Source: an uncultured SAR86 cluster bacterium (GTDB lineage: Bacteria > Pseudomonadota > Gammaproteobacteria > Magnimaribacterales > D2472). From it: DNA of 64,000 nt. The notes under the pieces were generated by a model. It was given only the letters and a program-made list of their open reading frames with translations, ran no database searches and was not told where the DNA came from. The DNA is taken from assembly GCA_902538705.1 (NCBI GenBank), contig CACBGD010000002.1, forward strand, positions 15,602 to 79,601. Reading direction: 5' to 3'. This document shows, piece by piece, positions 29,352 through 38,333 of this stretch. Within the stretch, counting starts at the first letter, position 1; every line of letters begins with the position of its first letter. Position numbers and translations under genes: made by a program.

Positions 29352-30265
29352 ATATTTTGCACCTTATCTCTAAAATTTTGATCAGCCATATATAGAATAC
29401 TTGTTAAATCATAACCCTTTGATAAGCCACATAAAATATTTTTTGGACCAATTTCTATTAAACATGAAGCGGAATTAGCAATTTTTTCCATAGTTTTAGT
29501 CCAAAGAACTGGTTGAGTTAATTGATTTAGGAGATTTTGTTTAATTGAAGATAAATCAGTCTCAATCTCACCAGTATGATTTTGGATGATTGGATATCTT
29601 GGAGAAGAAAAAACAATATTTTGGAGAGACTCATTAAATTCATCTGCGGCATCAGTCATTAATCTGGTATGAGATGCAATACTAACGTTTAATTCTATAC
29701 ATCTTTTTGCACCAATTCCTGGTAGTAAATTACTAGCTATTTCTATACCTTCAATATTTCCAGCAATTACGGTTTGCTTCATAGAATTATAATTTGCAGA
29801 AGCTACGTAAGCTTTTTCATTAGATTCGGTAATTTTTGAACAAACTTCATCGATTATTTTTGAATCAAGACCAAGTATAGCCATCATTTTACCTTCTTCA
29901 GAGCTTTGCATTAACTTACCTCTGAGATGAGTTATTTTTATGGTATCTTCAAAAGTTATTGAATCTGCAAACATTAAGGCTGAGTATTCTCCAAGTGAAT
30001 GACCGGCTATAACTTTGGGATCTGATAAAGATAAATTTTTATATGCTTCTGAAAAAATGGCAGAAGATAAAACCAGGAGCGGTTGAGTAAAAGAGGTTGC
30101 ATTTATTTTAGACTCATCCTTTAAAATATTATGAACATCATAACTAAGTATTTCAGATACAATTTCGATCTTTTCATTTATGAAGGACTGATCAACCAGA
30201 TCAGCATGAAGCATTTCAGGATGTTGTGAGCCCTGACCAGGGAATACACAAGCTATGGAGCTCAT
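29348..30265 (-). CDS. fabD: Malonyl-CoA:ACP transacylase
   Basis: FPGQGSQ, TQP, GHSLGEYSA, ANYNS. Confidence 0.95.
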   Translation of the reverse strand: MSSIACVFPGQGSQHPEMLHADLVDQSFINEKIEIVSEILSYDVHNILKDESKINATSFTQPLLVLSSAIFSEAYKNLSLSDPKVIAGHSLGEYSALMFADSITFEDTIKITHLRGKLMQSSEEGKMMAILGLDSKIIDEVCSKITESNEKAYVASANYNSMKQTVIAGNIEGIEIASNLLPGIGAKRCIELNVSIASHTRLMTDAADEFNESLQNIVFSSPRYPIIQNHTGEIETDLSSIKQNLLNQLTQPVLWTKTMEKIANSASCLIEIGPKNILCGLSKGYDLTSILYMADQNFRDKVQNI

Positions 30266-30268
30266 TAT

Positions 30269-30472
30269 TTACTCTTGTTCTTGATCTTCTTTAACTGGCT
30301 TTCTTAAGTCTTTAACAAGTCTTCCCTTATAAAATCCATCCTTGGTCATTTGATGTCTCAAATGTTTCTCACCAGATACTTGATCAGTGGACAATGTCAG
30401 ATTCTTTAACTTGTCATGAGATCTTCTCATGCCAATTCTTGAACGTGTTTTTTTACTTTTTTGTACAGCCAT
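30269..30472 (-). CDS. rpmF: 50S ribosomal protein L32 (Cys-less type)
   Basis: [20 protein letters not shown]...GEKHLRH...GFYKGR. Confidence 0.96.
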   Translation of the reverse strand: MAVQKSKKTRSRIGMRRSHDKLKNLTLSTDQVSGEKHLRHQMTKDGFYKGRLVKDLRKPVKEDQEQE

Positions 30473-30521
30473 AATTATAAAAAAGCGTATCCTAACAAAT
30501 ATATCCTTAAATGAATAGTAA

Positions 30522-31436
30522 TTAAGTATCCAAATAAACTAACATTTTTTGAAACTGATCGTCATAATCTGCAACAAAAGTATTTCTTTTATTGCCAAGA
30601 TCTAAAAAAGATATTTCAGACGAATGAAGACCTAATCTTTTAATGCCTGAATGTTTTAAGCGCGTGTTAAAGTCATTACATCCATACTTGTTGTCATTGG
30701 CAATATTTTTCTTAATTTTTTCACATTGAGCTCTTATTTGATGTGTTCTTCCTGTTAGAATCTCTATTTCTATCAATGAACTACAATCTAGCTTTTTTAG
30801 AAGTTTTAATATTGATTTTGCCTCTTTACCATTTTTATTGATTGAAACTTTATTGAATGATCCTTTGGTGTTTGTATCAATGCTATCTTCTAAAACCATT
30901 TCTTCAGGTATGAAGTCTTTTACTAAGGCATGATAGATCTTTTTTACTTTTCTTTGTTTTAGTTGATTATTAAAAAAACTTAGAAATTTTTGATTTTTAG
31001 CTATTACCAAACAACCAGATGTTCCCTTATCAAGCCTGTGACAAAGATTTAATGAATTATTTTTTAAAACTACTCGTAAAATATCTATGAGACCATGATC
31101 ATTCTTGGTGCCACTATGTACAGCATAATCTGAGGGTTTATTGAATATTAAGAAATCTTCATCATCATATATCACTTTATTTTTTAAAAATGCATATTTG
31201 TTTGCATCTATTTCTATTATCCTCTCTTGATTAATGAGATTTGGAGGTATTCTGATTAAATCATTTGCACAAAGCTTTGTATCAGGCTTAACTCTTTTTG
31301 AATTGACTCTTACCTCACCCTTTCTTATGACTTTATAAATTTTTGATTTAGGTATGTTTTTAAAATTTGAAAAAAGGAAATTATCTATTCTCCTGCCTTC
31401 ATTATGATGATCTACGGTTATATTTTTGACAGACAT
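30522..31436 (-). CDS. rluC: 23S rRNA pseudouridine synthase C
   Basis: S4 domain [30 protein letters not shown]; divergent from rne. Confidence 0.92.
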   Translation of the reverse strand: MSVKNITVDHHNEGRRIDNFLFSNFKNIPKSKIYKVIRKGEVRVNSKRVKPDTKLCANDLIRIPPNLINQERIIEIDANKYAFLKNKVIYDDEDFLIFNKPSDYAVHSGTKNDHGLIDILRVVLKNNSLNLCHRLDKGTSGCLVIAKNQKFLSFFNNQLKQRKVKKIYHALVKDFIPEEMVLEDSIDTNTKGSFNKVSINKNGKEAKSILKLLKKLDCSSLIEIEILTGRTHQIRAQCEKIKKNIANDNKYGCNDFNTRLKHSGIKRLGLHSSEISFLDLGNKRNTFVADYDDQFQKMLVYLDT

Positions 31437-31524
31437 AAATTATATATATACGATAAACACAATAATTATAGTTTATGTTGAATAGTTCGACATAATAGAG
31501 ATAGAAAAATACTAATTTTACCTT

Positions 31525-31619
31525 CAGCTCTCCATCCCGAGCTGTTTAAGAAGCAATAAGAGTAAGACTTCTTAAAAATAACCTAAATTGTATTAACTAT
31601 TTCCTTAACTGAAGGAGTT
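31525..31619 (+). promoter_or_regulatory. Structured rne 5' leader (two hairpins plus an SD-occluding hairpin)
   Basis: CAGCTC/GAGCTG (31525-31544); TTTAAGAAG/CTTCTTAAA (31545-31576); TCCTT/AAGGA pairing over the AAGGAG SD (31602-31616). Confidence 0.6.
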
Positions 31620-31622
31620 AGT

Positions 31623-33632
31623 ATGAAAAGAATATTAATAAATAGTTCTTATAACGATGAATTGCGTGTTGCGCTTGTTGATGGTGCTAAATTATTTGAT
31701 TTAGATACGGAAGTTACCGATAGAGTCCTCTACAAGGGAAGTATCTTCAAGGCTACAGTTTCAAGAATTGAAAAGAGTCTAAATGCAGCGTTTGTAGATT
31801 TTGGATCGACTCGTCATGGCTTTCTTCCATTAAGAGAATTAACCAAAAACTTCTACAAAAAAAATTCACAAGGCAAGACAGAGTCTACTCTTAAAGAGGG
31901 TCAAGAAATTCTTGTTCAAATAAATAAGGAAGAAAGAGGAACAAAAGGAGCAACCTTATCAACTCAGATTTCTATAGCTGGCCGTTTTATGGTTTTAATA
32001 GCTAATTCAAATAAGTCTGGAGGTATATCAAGAAGAATTACTGGCGATGAAAGAGAAGATCTAAAAAATCAAATTGCAAAACTTGATATCCCTGAAGGAA
32101 TGGGAGTCATTATTCGAACCGCTGGAATTGATAGATCATTTGAAGAGCTCCAAAATGACCTAAATTATCTAATTTCCTTATGGGATGATATTAATGCTAC
32201 TCAAGCCTCAGCTGATTCACCTCAATTAATATACAAAGACGACAAATTAATTGTTAGAGTCTTTAGAGATATTTTTAGAGATGATATTGAGGAAATTTTA
32301 GTTGACGATAAGTCCGTTTTTGAGGAAGCTAAAAACTTTGCTGAATTAGTTATTCCTGATCAAAAAGATAAGGTAAAACTTTATGATGAGGAAATCCCTC
32401 TTTTCAATAGATATCAAATAGAATCTCAAATTGAACTAGCTTTCCAAAGGGAGATCTCTCTTCCATCTGGAGGATCTATTGTAATAGATCCAACAGAAGC
32501 AATGACAACTATTGATATTAATTCAGCTCGCTCAACCAAAGGAAAAGATATAGAAGAAACTGCTCTCAAAACAAATTTAGAAGCAGCAAAAGAAATAGCC
32601 AGGCAGCTAAGATTGAGAGATGTTGGCGGACTAATAGTTGTCGACTTTATAGACATGCAAAGTGAGGAATCTCAAAATAAGGTTGAAAATGCTTTTAGAA
32701 GAGCAGTATCCTCAGATAGGGCAAGAATTCAAATGGCTAGTATTTCAAGATTCGGTTTACTTGAAATCTCAAGGCAACGACTAAAGCCATCATTGAATGA
32801 AACGTATGACATAGAACATGTTTTAGTTAGAGGGCCCAGATCCATTGGTCAATCAATCTTAAGAATCATTGGTGAGGATGTAGCAAAAGAAAACACTGCA
32901 GAAATTCAAGTATTTGTTCCCGCTGATGTTGCAAGCTATTTACTCAACGAAAAAAGGCGAGATATTCTTAGCATTGAAGACTCATCAGGCGTGAAAATTT
33001 TAATTATTGCTGATCCATATAAGTCAAGACCATATTACAAAGTTATAAGAATAAAAAATTCTGAGGTTAGAAAAAAATCTTCATATGATTTAACACCCGA
33101 GAGTCCAAATCCTGATACTGGTTGGAGAGACGAAAAGTCAGTTTCAAAGCTTAGTCCCCTTGTAGATGCAACTGATCATAAGAAAAATCATAAATCTGGT
33201 GGTGGGATCTTGAGTTGGATTAAAAGTTTGACTTCGGATACTAAAACTAAAAAACCAGTTAAGAAAAAATCAACACAGAAAAGAAGAAGTAGAAAAACAA
33301 ATTATAAAAGTAAAAAAAATAATGCTTCTAAAACAAGATCTAACAGAAAACCAGTTTCATCATCAAAATCTAATAGAAAACCAACTGCATCAAAAAATAC
33401 AAGAAGACCAGCAAAACGACAAGATAAAAAGACTAATAAAGATTCTGATGTAAAAAATACCCGAAAAAAAGCTACTCCAAGAAAGTCAATTATAAAAAAG
33501 GAAAATACAAAAAAATTTGAAGTAAAAGAAGATACTACAAAAAAAATAACTGGTAGACAGGATATTGTTAAGGAATCTAAAAAGAAGCCCGAACCGCCAA
33601 CTAGAGCTTTAAATGATCCTCGAGATAACTAG
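31623..33632 (+). CDS. rne: Ribonuclease E (short, Cys-free)
   Basis: MKRILIN, AAFVDFG..RHGFLP, IDINS, RLRDVGGLIVVDFIDM; amphipathic GILSWIKSL membrane segment; terminal NDPR. Confidence 0.96.
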   Translation: MKRILINSSYNDELRVALVDGAKLFDLDTEVTDRVLYKGSIFKATVSRIEKSLNAAFVDFGSTRHGFLPLRELTKNFYKKNSQGKTESTLKEGQEILVQINKEERGTKGATLSTQISIAGRFMVLIANSNKSGGISRRITGDEREDLKNQIAKLDIPEGMGVIIRTAGIDRSFEELQNDLNYLISLWDDINATQASADSPQLIYKDDKLIVRVFRDIFRDDIEEILVDDKSVFEEAKNFAELVIPDQKDKVKLYDEEIPLFNRYQIESQIELAFQREISLPSGGSIVIDPTEAMTTIDINSARSTKGKDIEETALKTNLEAAKEIARQLRLRDVGGLIVVDFIDMQSEESQNKVENAFRRAVSSDRARIQMASISRFGLLEISRQRLKPSLNETYDIEHVLVRGPRSIGQSILRIIGEDVAKENTAEIQVFVPADVASYLLNEKRRDILSIEDSSGVKILIIADPYKSRPYYKVIRIKNSEVRKKSSYDLTPESPNPDTGWRDEKSVSKLSPLVDATDHKKNHKSGGGILSWIKSLTSDTKTKKPVKKKSTQKRRSRKTNYKSKKNNASKTRSNRKPVSSSKSNRKPTASKNTRRPAKRQDKKTNKDSDVKNTRKKATPRKSIIKKENTKKFEVKEDTTKKITGRQDIVKESKKKPEPPTRALNDPRDN

Positions 33633-34416
33633 AAATTAATTGACCTGAAATTGACAATTTTGGAGGTATATTAGGAAGATCATTTATTTTGAACCACTTG
33701 GCATCTTCTAGCTCTGCTTCCTCTACTTTTATTTCGCCGGATTCATATTCGCAAAAAAATCCTAGCATTAACTGGCTTGGGAATGGCCAAGGTTGACTGC
33801 CAAAATATTTAATATTTTTAACGGCAATATTTACCTCTTCCATTACTTCTCTTTTTAGGGCATCTTCAGCCGTCTCTCCAGCCTCAATAAAGCCAGCTAA
33901 GGTGCTATACCAGTTCTCAGGGAAAAATTTATTTCTTGCAAGCAGAATCTCATCTTCTCTTGTTACTAAAGTTATTATGCATGGTGATATCTTTGGATAA
34001 ATAAATTCTTGATTGCAAGGCCTTACAAAGGCACCCTCTTTTTCCTGGAAAGATAACTTTCCCGAGCACCTAGAGCAGTATTTGGTTTCATCAATCCAAT
34101 GAACAAGCTGCTTGGCTGTAAAAATGATTCCATCACTTTCAGGATTAAAATTAGCTAAACTTCGTATTTCAATTAATTCTGCATCCTCAGGTTTATTTAC
34201 TAAGCTTATGTCTTTGAGATTAATTGCGTAAATATATTCTTCATCATCGCTATAAATACCTATCCTTCCAGTTTCAACATCGCCATCTAAAATTAAATAA
34301 TTTGCATCAAATTTATAAGATTTCTCTGTTTTATCGTATAAAATCTTATTTTCTGAAATAAAAATATACTTGTTGTTATTTGATTCAGAAAATTTTTTAA
34401 AACGAGATCCAGACAT
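33601..34416 (-). CDS. nudC: NAD(H) pyrophosphatase / NAD-RNA decapping enzyme
   Basis: Nudix box AGFIEAGETAEDALKREVMEE and SQPWPFPSQLM. Confidence 0.93.
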   Translation of the reverse strand: MSGSRFKKFSESNNNKYIFISENKILYDKTEKSYKFDANYLILDGDVETGRIGIYSDDEEYIYAINLKDISLVNKPEDAELIEIRSLANFNPESDGIIFTAKQLVHWIDETKYCSRCSGKLSFQEKEGAFVRPCNQEFIYPKISPCIITLVTREDEILLARNKFFPENWYSTLAGFIEAGETAEDALKREVMEEVNIAVKNIKYFGSQPWPFPSQLMLGFFCEYESGEIKVEEAELEDAKWFKINDLPNIPPKLSISGQLISSYLEDHLKL

Positions 34417-34430
34417 AAGTAGTAATCATA

Positions 34431-35951
34431 ATGAATATATCCTTAATGTATAGCATGTTTTTAGGTGACTCGCCTAAATGGTACAAACAAGCAATCCTTT
34501 TATTTCTTTTAATAAATCCTATCTTGCTTATAGCCTTAAATTCGTTTGGCCTTAATGGTGGATTTATTCTAGGCTGGGTTATCTTATTACAGTTTATTTT
34601 TACTCTAGCTCTAGCTTTAAAATGCTATCCCTTGCAGCCAGGTGGTCTTTTAGCAATTGAAGCATTAATAATGGATCTCTCAAATCCATACTCAATGATG
34701 CATGAGATTGAGGCAAATATTGAAGTAATCCTTTTACTAGTATTTATGGTAGCTGGGATCTTCTTTATGAAAAACCTTATGCTTACGATATTCACTAAAT
34801 TGCTTTTGCAGGTTAAATCAAAAGTATGGCTTTCAGTACTTTATTGTTTTACTGCAGCCTTTTTGTCTGCCTTCCTCGATGCACTTACTGTAACAGCAGT
34901 TTTAATTGGAGTAACTGTTGGGTTCTATAGAATTTACCATTTAATAATTTCAAATAAATATTTTGATGACTCTAGTCATGATATTCATGATGACTCATTG
35001 GTTAATTCTGTAAAAATTGAGGAGCTTGAGGATTTTAAGGGTTTTTTAAGACAACTAATCATGCATGGTGCTGTTGGAACAGCTCTTGGTGGGGTGTGCA
35101 CTATTGTAGGTGAACCTCAAAATTTACTAATTGCAAATATTGCAGGTTGGGATTTCATTGAATTCTTCTTGTATATGGCTCCAGTTACTATGCCAGTTTT
35201 TGTGACAGGATTAATTCTTTGTTATTGTCTTGAGCGATACAAACTTGCTGGTTTTGGATCAGAGCTTTCAGATAGTATAAGAACTATTTTTTCTGAATAT
35301 GCTGCATATGAAAACGAAATTAGTAAAAATGATACAAAGAAAAAAGCTGAACTTTCAGTTGAGTTATTTGTTTTAGTCTTATTAATCCTAGCTCTTGCTT
35401 TCCACATTGCTGAGGTTGGAATTATAGGATTAGGTGTAATAATTCTATTAACTTCATTCAAGGGTATAACTCATGAACATTATTTAGGGGATGCTTTCAA
35501 AGAGGCCTTACCTTTTACAGCATTGTTATGTGTATTTTTTGCTATCGTAAGTGTTATCCATGAACAACATTTATTTACCCCAGTTATTAATTATGTGCTT
35601 ACATTTAGTATCGAAAGTCAGACTAGTATCTTCTTTATTGCAAATGGAGTTTTGTCAGCAATAAGTGATAATGTTTTCGTAGCTACAATTTATATTAATG
35701 AAGTTAAGGCACTTTTAGATGCAGGTAAGATATCTCTAGAACATTTCAACAATCTTACAATTGCTATCAATACAGGAACAAATATACCAAGTATTGCTAC
35801 TCCTAATGGACAAGCAGCATTTCTTTTTCTGTTGACTTCTTCTCTTGCTCCGTTAATTAATTTGTCCTATTTTAGGATGGTTTTAATGGCGCTACCATAT
35901 ACAATTGTACTAACTATAGTAGCCCTTATTTCAGTCTATTTATTCATCTAA
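34431..35951 (+). CDS. nhaB: Na+/H+ antiporter NhaB
   Basis: FLGDSPKWYK, ALKCYPLQPGGLLA, FLSAFLDALTV, GEPQNL, ATPNGQAAFLFLLTS. Confidence 0.96.
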   Translation: MNISLMYSMFLGDSPKWYKQAILLFLLINPILLIALNSFGLNGGFILGWVILLQFIFTLALALKCYPLQPGGLLAIEALIMDLSNPYSMMHEIEANIEVILLLVFMVAGIFFMKNLMLTIFTKLLLQVKSKVWLSVLYCFTAAFLSAFLDALTVTAVLIGVTVGFYRIYHLIISNKYFDDSSHDIHDDSLVNSVKIEELEDFKGFLRQLIMHGAVGTALGGVCTIVGEPQNLLIANIAGWDFIEFFLYMAPVTMPVFVTGLILCYCLERYKLAGFGSELSDSIRTIFSEYAAYENEISKNDTKKKAELSVELFVLVLLILALAFHIAEVGIIGLGVIILLTSFKGITHEHYLGDAFKEALPFTALLCVFFAIVSVIHEQHLFTPVINYVLTFSIESQTSIFFIANGVLSAISDNVFVATIYINEVKALLDAGKISLEHFNNLTIAINTGTNIPSIATPNGQAAFLFLLTSSLAPLINLSYFRMVLMALPYTIVLTIVALISVYLFI

Positions 35952-36911
35952 ATGTCACTAAATAGAAAGTTCTGTGTAGCTCCTATGATGAGATATACAG
36001 ATATGCATGAAAGATTCTTTTTAAGGCTCATCACTAAAAAAGCAGTTCTTTATACAGAGATGATTGCAACTGGGGCGCTTATACATGGAAACTGTGATTA
36101 TCAATTAGATTTTAATAAAGAGGAACATCCAGTAGCAGTTCAATTTGGTGGATCATCGCCACTTGAATTGTCTAAATGCGCAATAATGGCTGAAAAAAAG
36201 GGATATGATGAAATCAATCTAAACATCGGGTGTCCATCCGAAAGAGTCCAAAAAGGTAATTTCGGTGTATGTTTAATGCTTGAACCAGAACTAGTTGCGG
36301 AATGTGTTAGACAAATGAGAAGGTCAGTTGATATTCCTATTACTGTTAAATGCAGAACAGGCGTCGACGATAATGATGATTATTTGTTTTTGAAATCATT
36401 TATAGATATTGTGAAAGATTCTGGCATTAAAACTTTTATAATCCATGCAAGAAAAGGAATACTAAAAGGCTTAAGCCCAAGACAAAATAGAAATATTCCA
36501 CCTTTAAATTATGAAAAAGTTTATTCAATAAAGAATGATTTTCCAAATTTAGAAATTGTTATCAATGGCGGAATAAAGTCTATAAATGAAGCAAAAAATC
36601 ATTTGAATTATGTTGATGGAGTAATGCTAGGAAGGGCTGCATACGATAACCCTTTTATGCTCAGTGAAATAGATTCTGAGATTTACTCAAACGCAAAGAC
36701 TGATATCAGCAAAAAAGACCTACTTTCAGAATACTTAGATTATGTGCATCTCATGACTGAAAAGGGTTATGATCCCAAAATTATGTTGAAACATGTATTT
36801 GGTCTTAAAAAAGGTGAGAAAGATGCGAAAAGATTCAGGGTTAAAGTAACAGAGGTTATGAGATCACCGAGTCTAGTTGAAAACAAAGATGAATTATTGT
36901 CGATGGTTTAG
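35952..36911 (+). CDS. dusA: tRNA-dihydrouridine(20/20a) synthase
   Basis: VAPM, YTEM, NLNIGCPSERVQ, HARK..LKGLSP.QNR.IPPL. Confidence 0.93.
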   Translation: MSLNRKFCVAPMMRYTDMHERFFLRLITKKAVLYTEMIATGALIHGNCDYQLDFNKEEHPVAVQFGGSSPLELSKCAIMAEKKGYDEINLNIGCPSERVQKGNFGVCLMLEPELVAECVRQMRRSVDIPITVKCRTGVDDNDDYLFLKSFIDIVKDSGIKTFIIHARKGILKGLSPRQNRNIPPLNYEKVYSIKNDFPNLEIVINGGIKSINEAKNHLNYVDGVMLGRAAYDNPFMLSEIDSEIYSNAKTDISKKDLLSEYLDYVHLMTEKGYDPKIMLKHVFGLKKGEKDAKRFRVKVTEVMRSPSLVENKDELLSMV

Positions 36912-37606
36912 TTATCACCAAAAATATCATCCATATCGTCTAAAAATACATCATCCTCAGTTGAACCATTTTTTATTTCGTATTCCCTCGATTGGACATA
37001 AGCATCTTTAACAAACATATACTTATCGCCAATAATAAGTGTTTCGGCATCAAGAAGACGCTCTCTTGTCTCGAGAGCGTCAATACCCACCAAAGTGAAC
37101 TTTACATCATTATCTTCCATAGCAAATGTTCCTGAAAGAAAACTTGAAATTGGTCTGCTCAATAAATCTCTCGGATTACTTGGACCTAAAAAAGGAAGCA
37201 TGATGTATGGTCCTGAAGAAATACCCCAAACACCAAGTGTTTGTCCAAAATCTTCTTCATGTTTTTCAAGACCCATTTTTGATGCAATATCAATTAAGCC
37301 AAATAGTCCAATAGTGGTGTTGATTACAAATCTTCCCGCATCATTAAATGCATACTTAATTTCACCTTGTAGAACTTGATTTATTGTAGTGTCAATTTCC
37401 TCAAGATTGTTAAAAAAATTAGTTACACCTGTTCTAGCGAATTGAGGTGTGACTTTTCTATATACTAAGGCAGTTGGTTTTAAAATTTTTTCATCTAATT
37501 TTTCATTAAAGACAAAAATATCTCTATTTAGGTCCTCAAATGGATCATTGATTTCTTTGGCAAAGAGTGGAAACGAAAATAATAAAACAAGCAAAAGTTT
37601 ATTCAT
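36908..37606 (-). CDS. mlaA: MlaA/VacJ outer-membrane lipid-asymmetry protein
   Basis: DPFEDLNR, RFVINTTIGLFGLID, EDFGQTLG.WG..GPY..LPFLGPS. Confidence 0.92.
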   Translation of the reverse strand: MNKLLLVLLFSFPLFAKEINDPFEDLNRDIFVFNEKLDEKILKPTALVYRKVTPQFARTGVTNFFNNLEEIDTTINQVLQGEIKYAFNDAGRFVINTTIGLFGLIDIASKMGLEKHEEDFGQTLGVWGISSGPYIMLPFLGPSNPRDLLSRPISSFLSGTFAMEDNDVKFTLVGIDALETRERLLDAETLIIGDKYMFVKDAYVQSREYEIKNGSTEDDVFLDDMDDIFGDN

Positions 37607-38294
37607 GTTCTTTAATTGCCTTTATTGTGTTTATAAATACAGTATCTAATTCTAAATCATCAAATGGGTATACTAAATCTATAAATTTTTCATTGAATTC
37701 AACTCTATCTAAAATTAAATTTTCTGACTCTAAACAAAAACTTTTCAGCTGATCACTTTGATGAACATTATTTAATACTATCCCAAGGATTTCAGTATTA
37801 AGGCTTTTAAAAACCTGTTCAGATCTTTTTAGATCAGCAATTGATAATTTAGAGAGAGTAGTCACTAGAATTACATAATCAGGAATAATCTTTTGGCATA
37901 CTGTCAAATAAGCATCTCCTGTTCCAGGAGGCATATCAATTAGTAAATAATCGATGTCGCCCCAATTAGTTTTTTCATAGATCTGATTTATTGCTGAACT
38001 TAACATAGGCCCTCTCCAGATAGCAGCATTTTTATCGAGCAAGAATCCAAGAGAGTTTATTGAAATATTATCAACATTTTTTGGCGTATATGGTCTTTTA
38101 GTATTTTTTTTATCTAGTTCAATATTTTTATCATTAATATCGAATAATATATCTTGATTAGGACCATAAATATCTGCATCTAGTACGCCAACTTTACTGC
38201 TTTTTGAGAGTGCTGTTGCTAAATAAGAGCATACTGTTGATTTACCAACACCCCCTTTCGCTGAAGCAATTGCAATAGTTTTTTTTATAGTCAT
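37599..38294 (-). CDS. Mrp/ApbC-family P-loop ATPase (shortened)
   Basis: SAKGGVGKST, DADIYGP, WRGPM, DMPPGTGD; divergent from metG as apbC/mrp usually is. Confidence 0.85.
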   Translation of the reverse strand: MTIKKTIAIASAKGGVGKSTVCSYLATALSKSSKVGVLDADIYGPNQDILFDINDKNIELDKKNTKRPYTPKNVDNISINSLGFLLDKNAAIWRGPMLSSAINQIYEKTNWGDIDYLLIDMPPGTGDAYLTVCQKIIPDYVILVTTLSKLSIADLKRSEQVFKSLNTEILGIVLNNVHQSDQLKSFCLESENLILDRVEFNEKFIDLVYPFDDLELDTVFINTIKAIKEHE

Positions 38295-38333
38295 TATCTA
38301 ATTAACTTATAATATATTAAAACTTATCACAAA

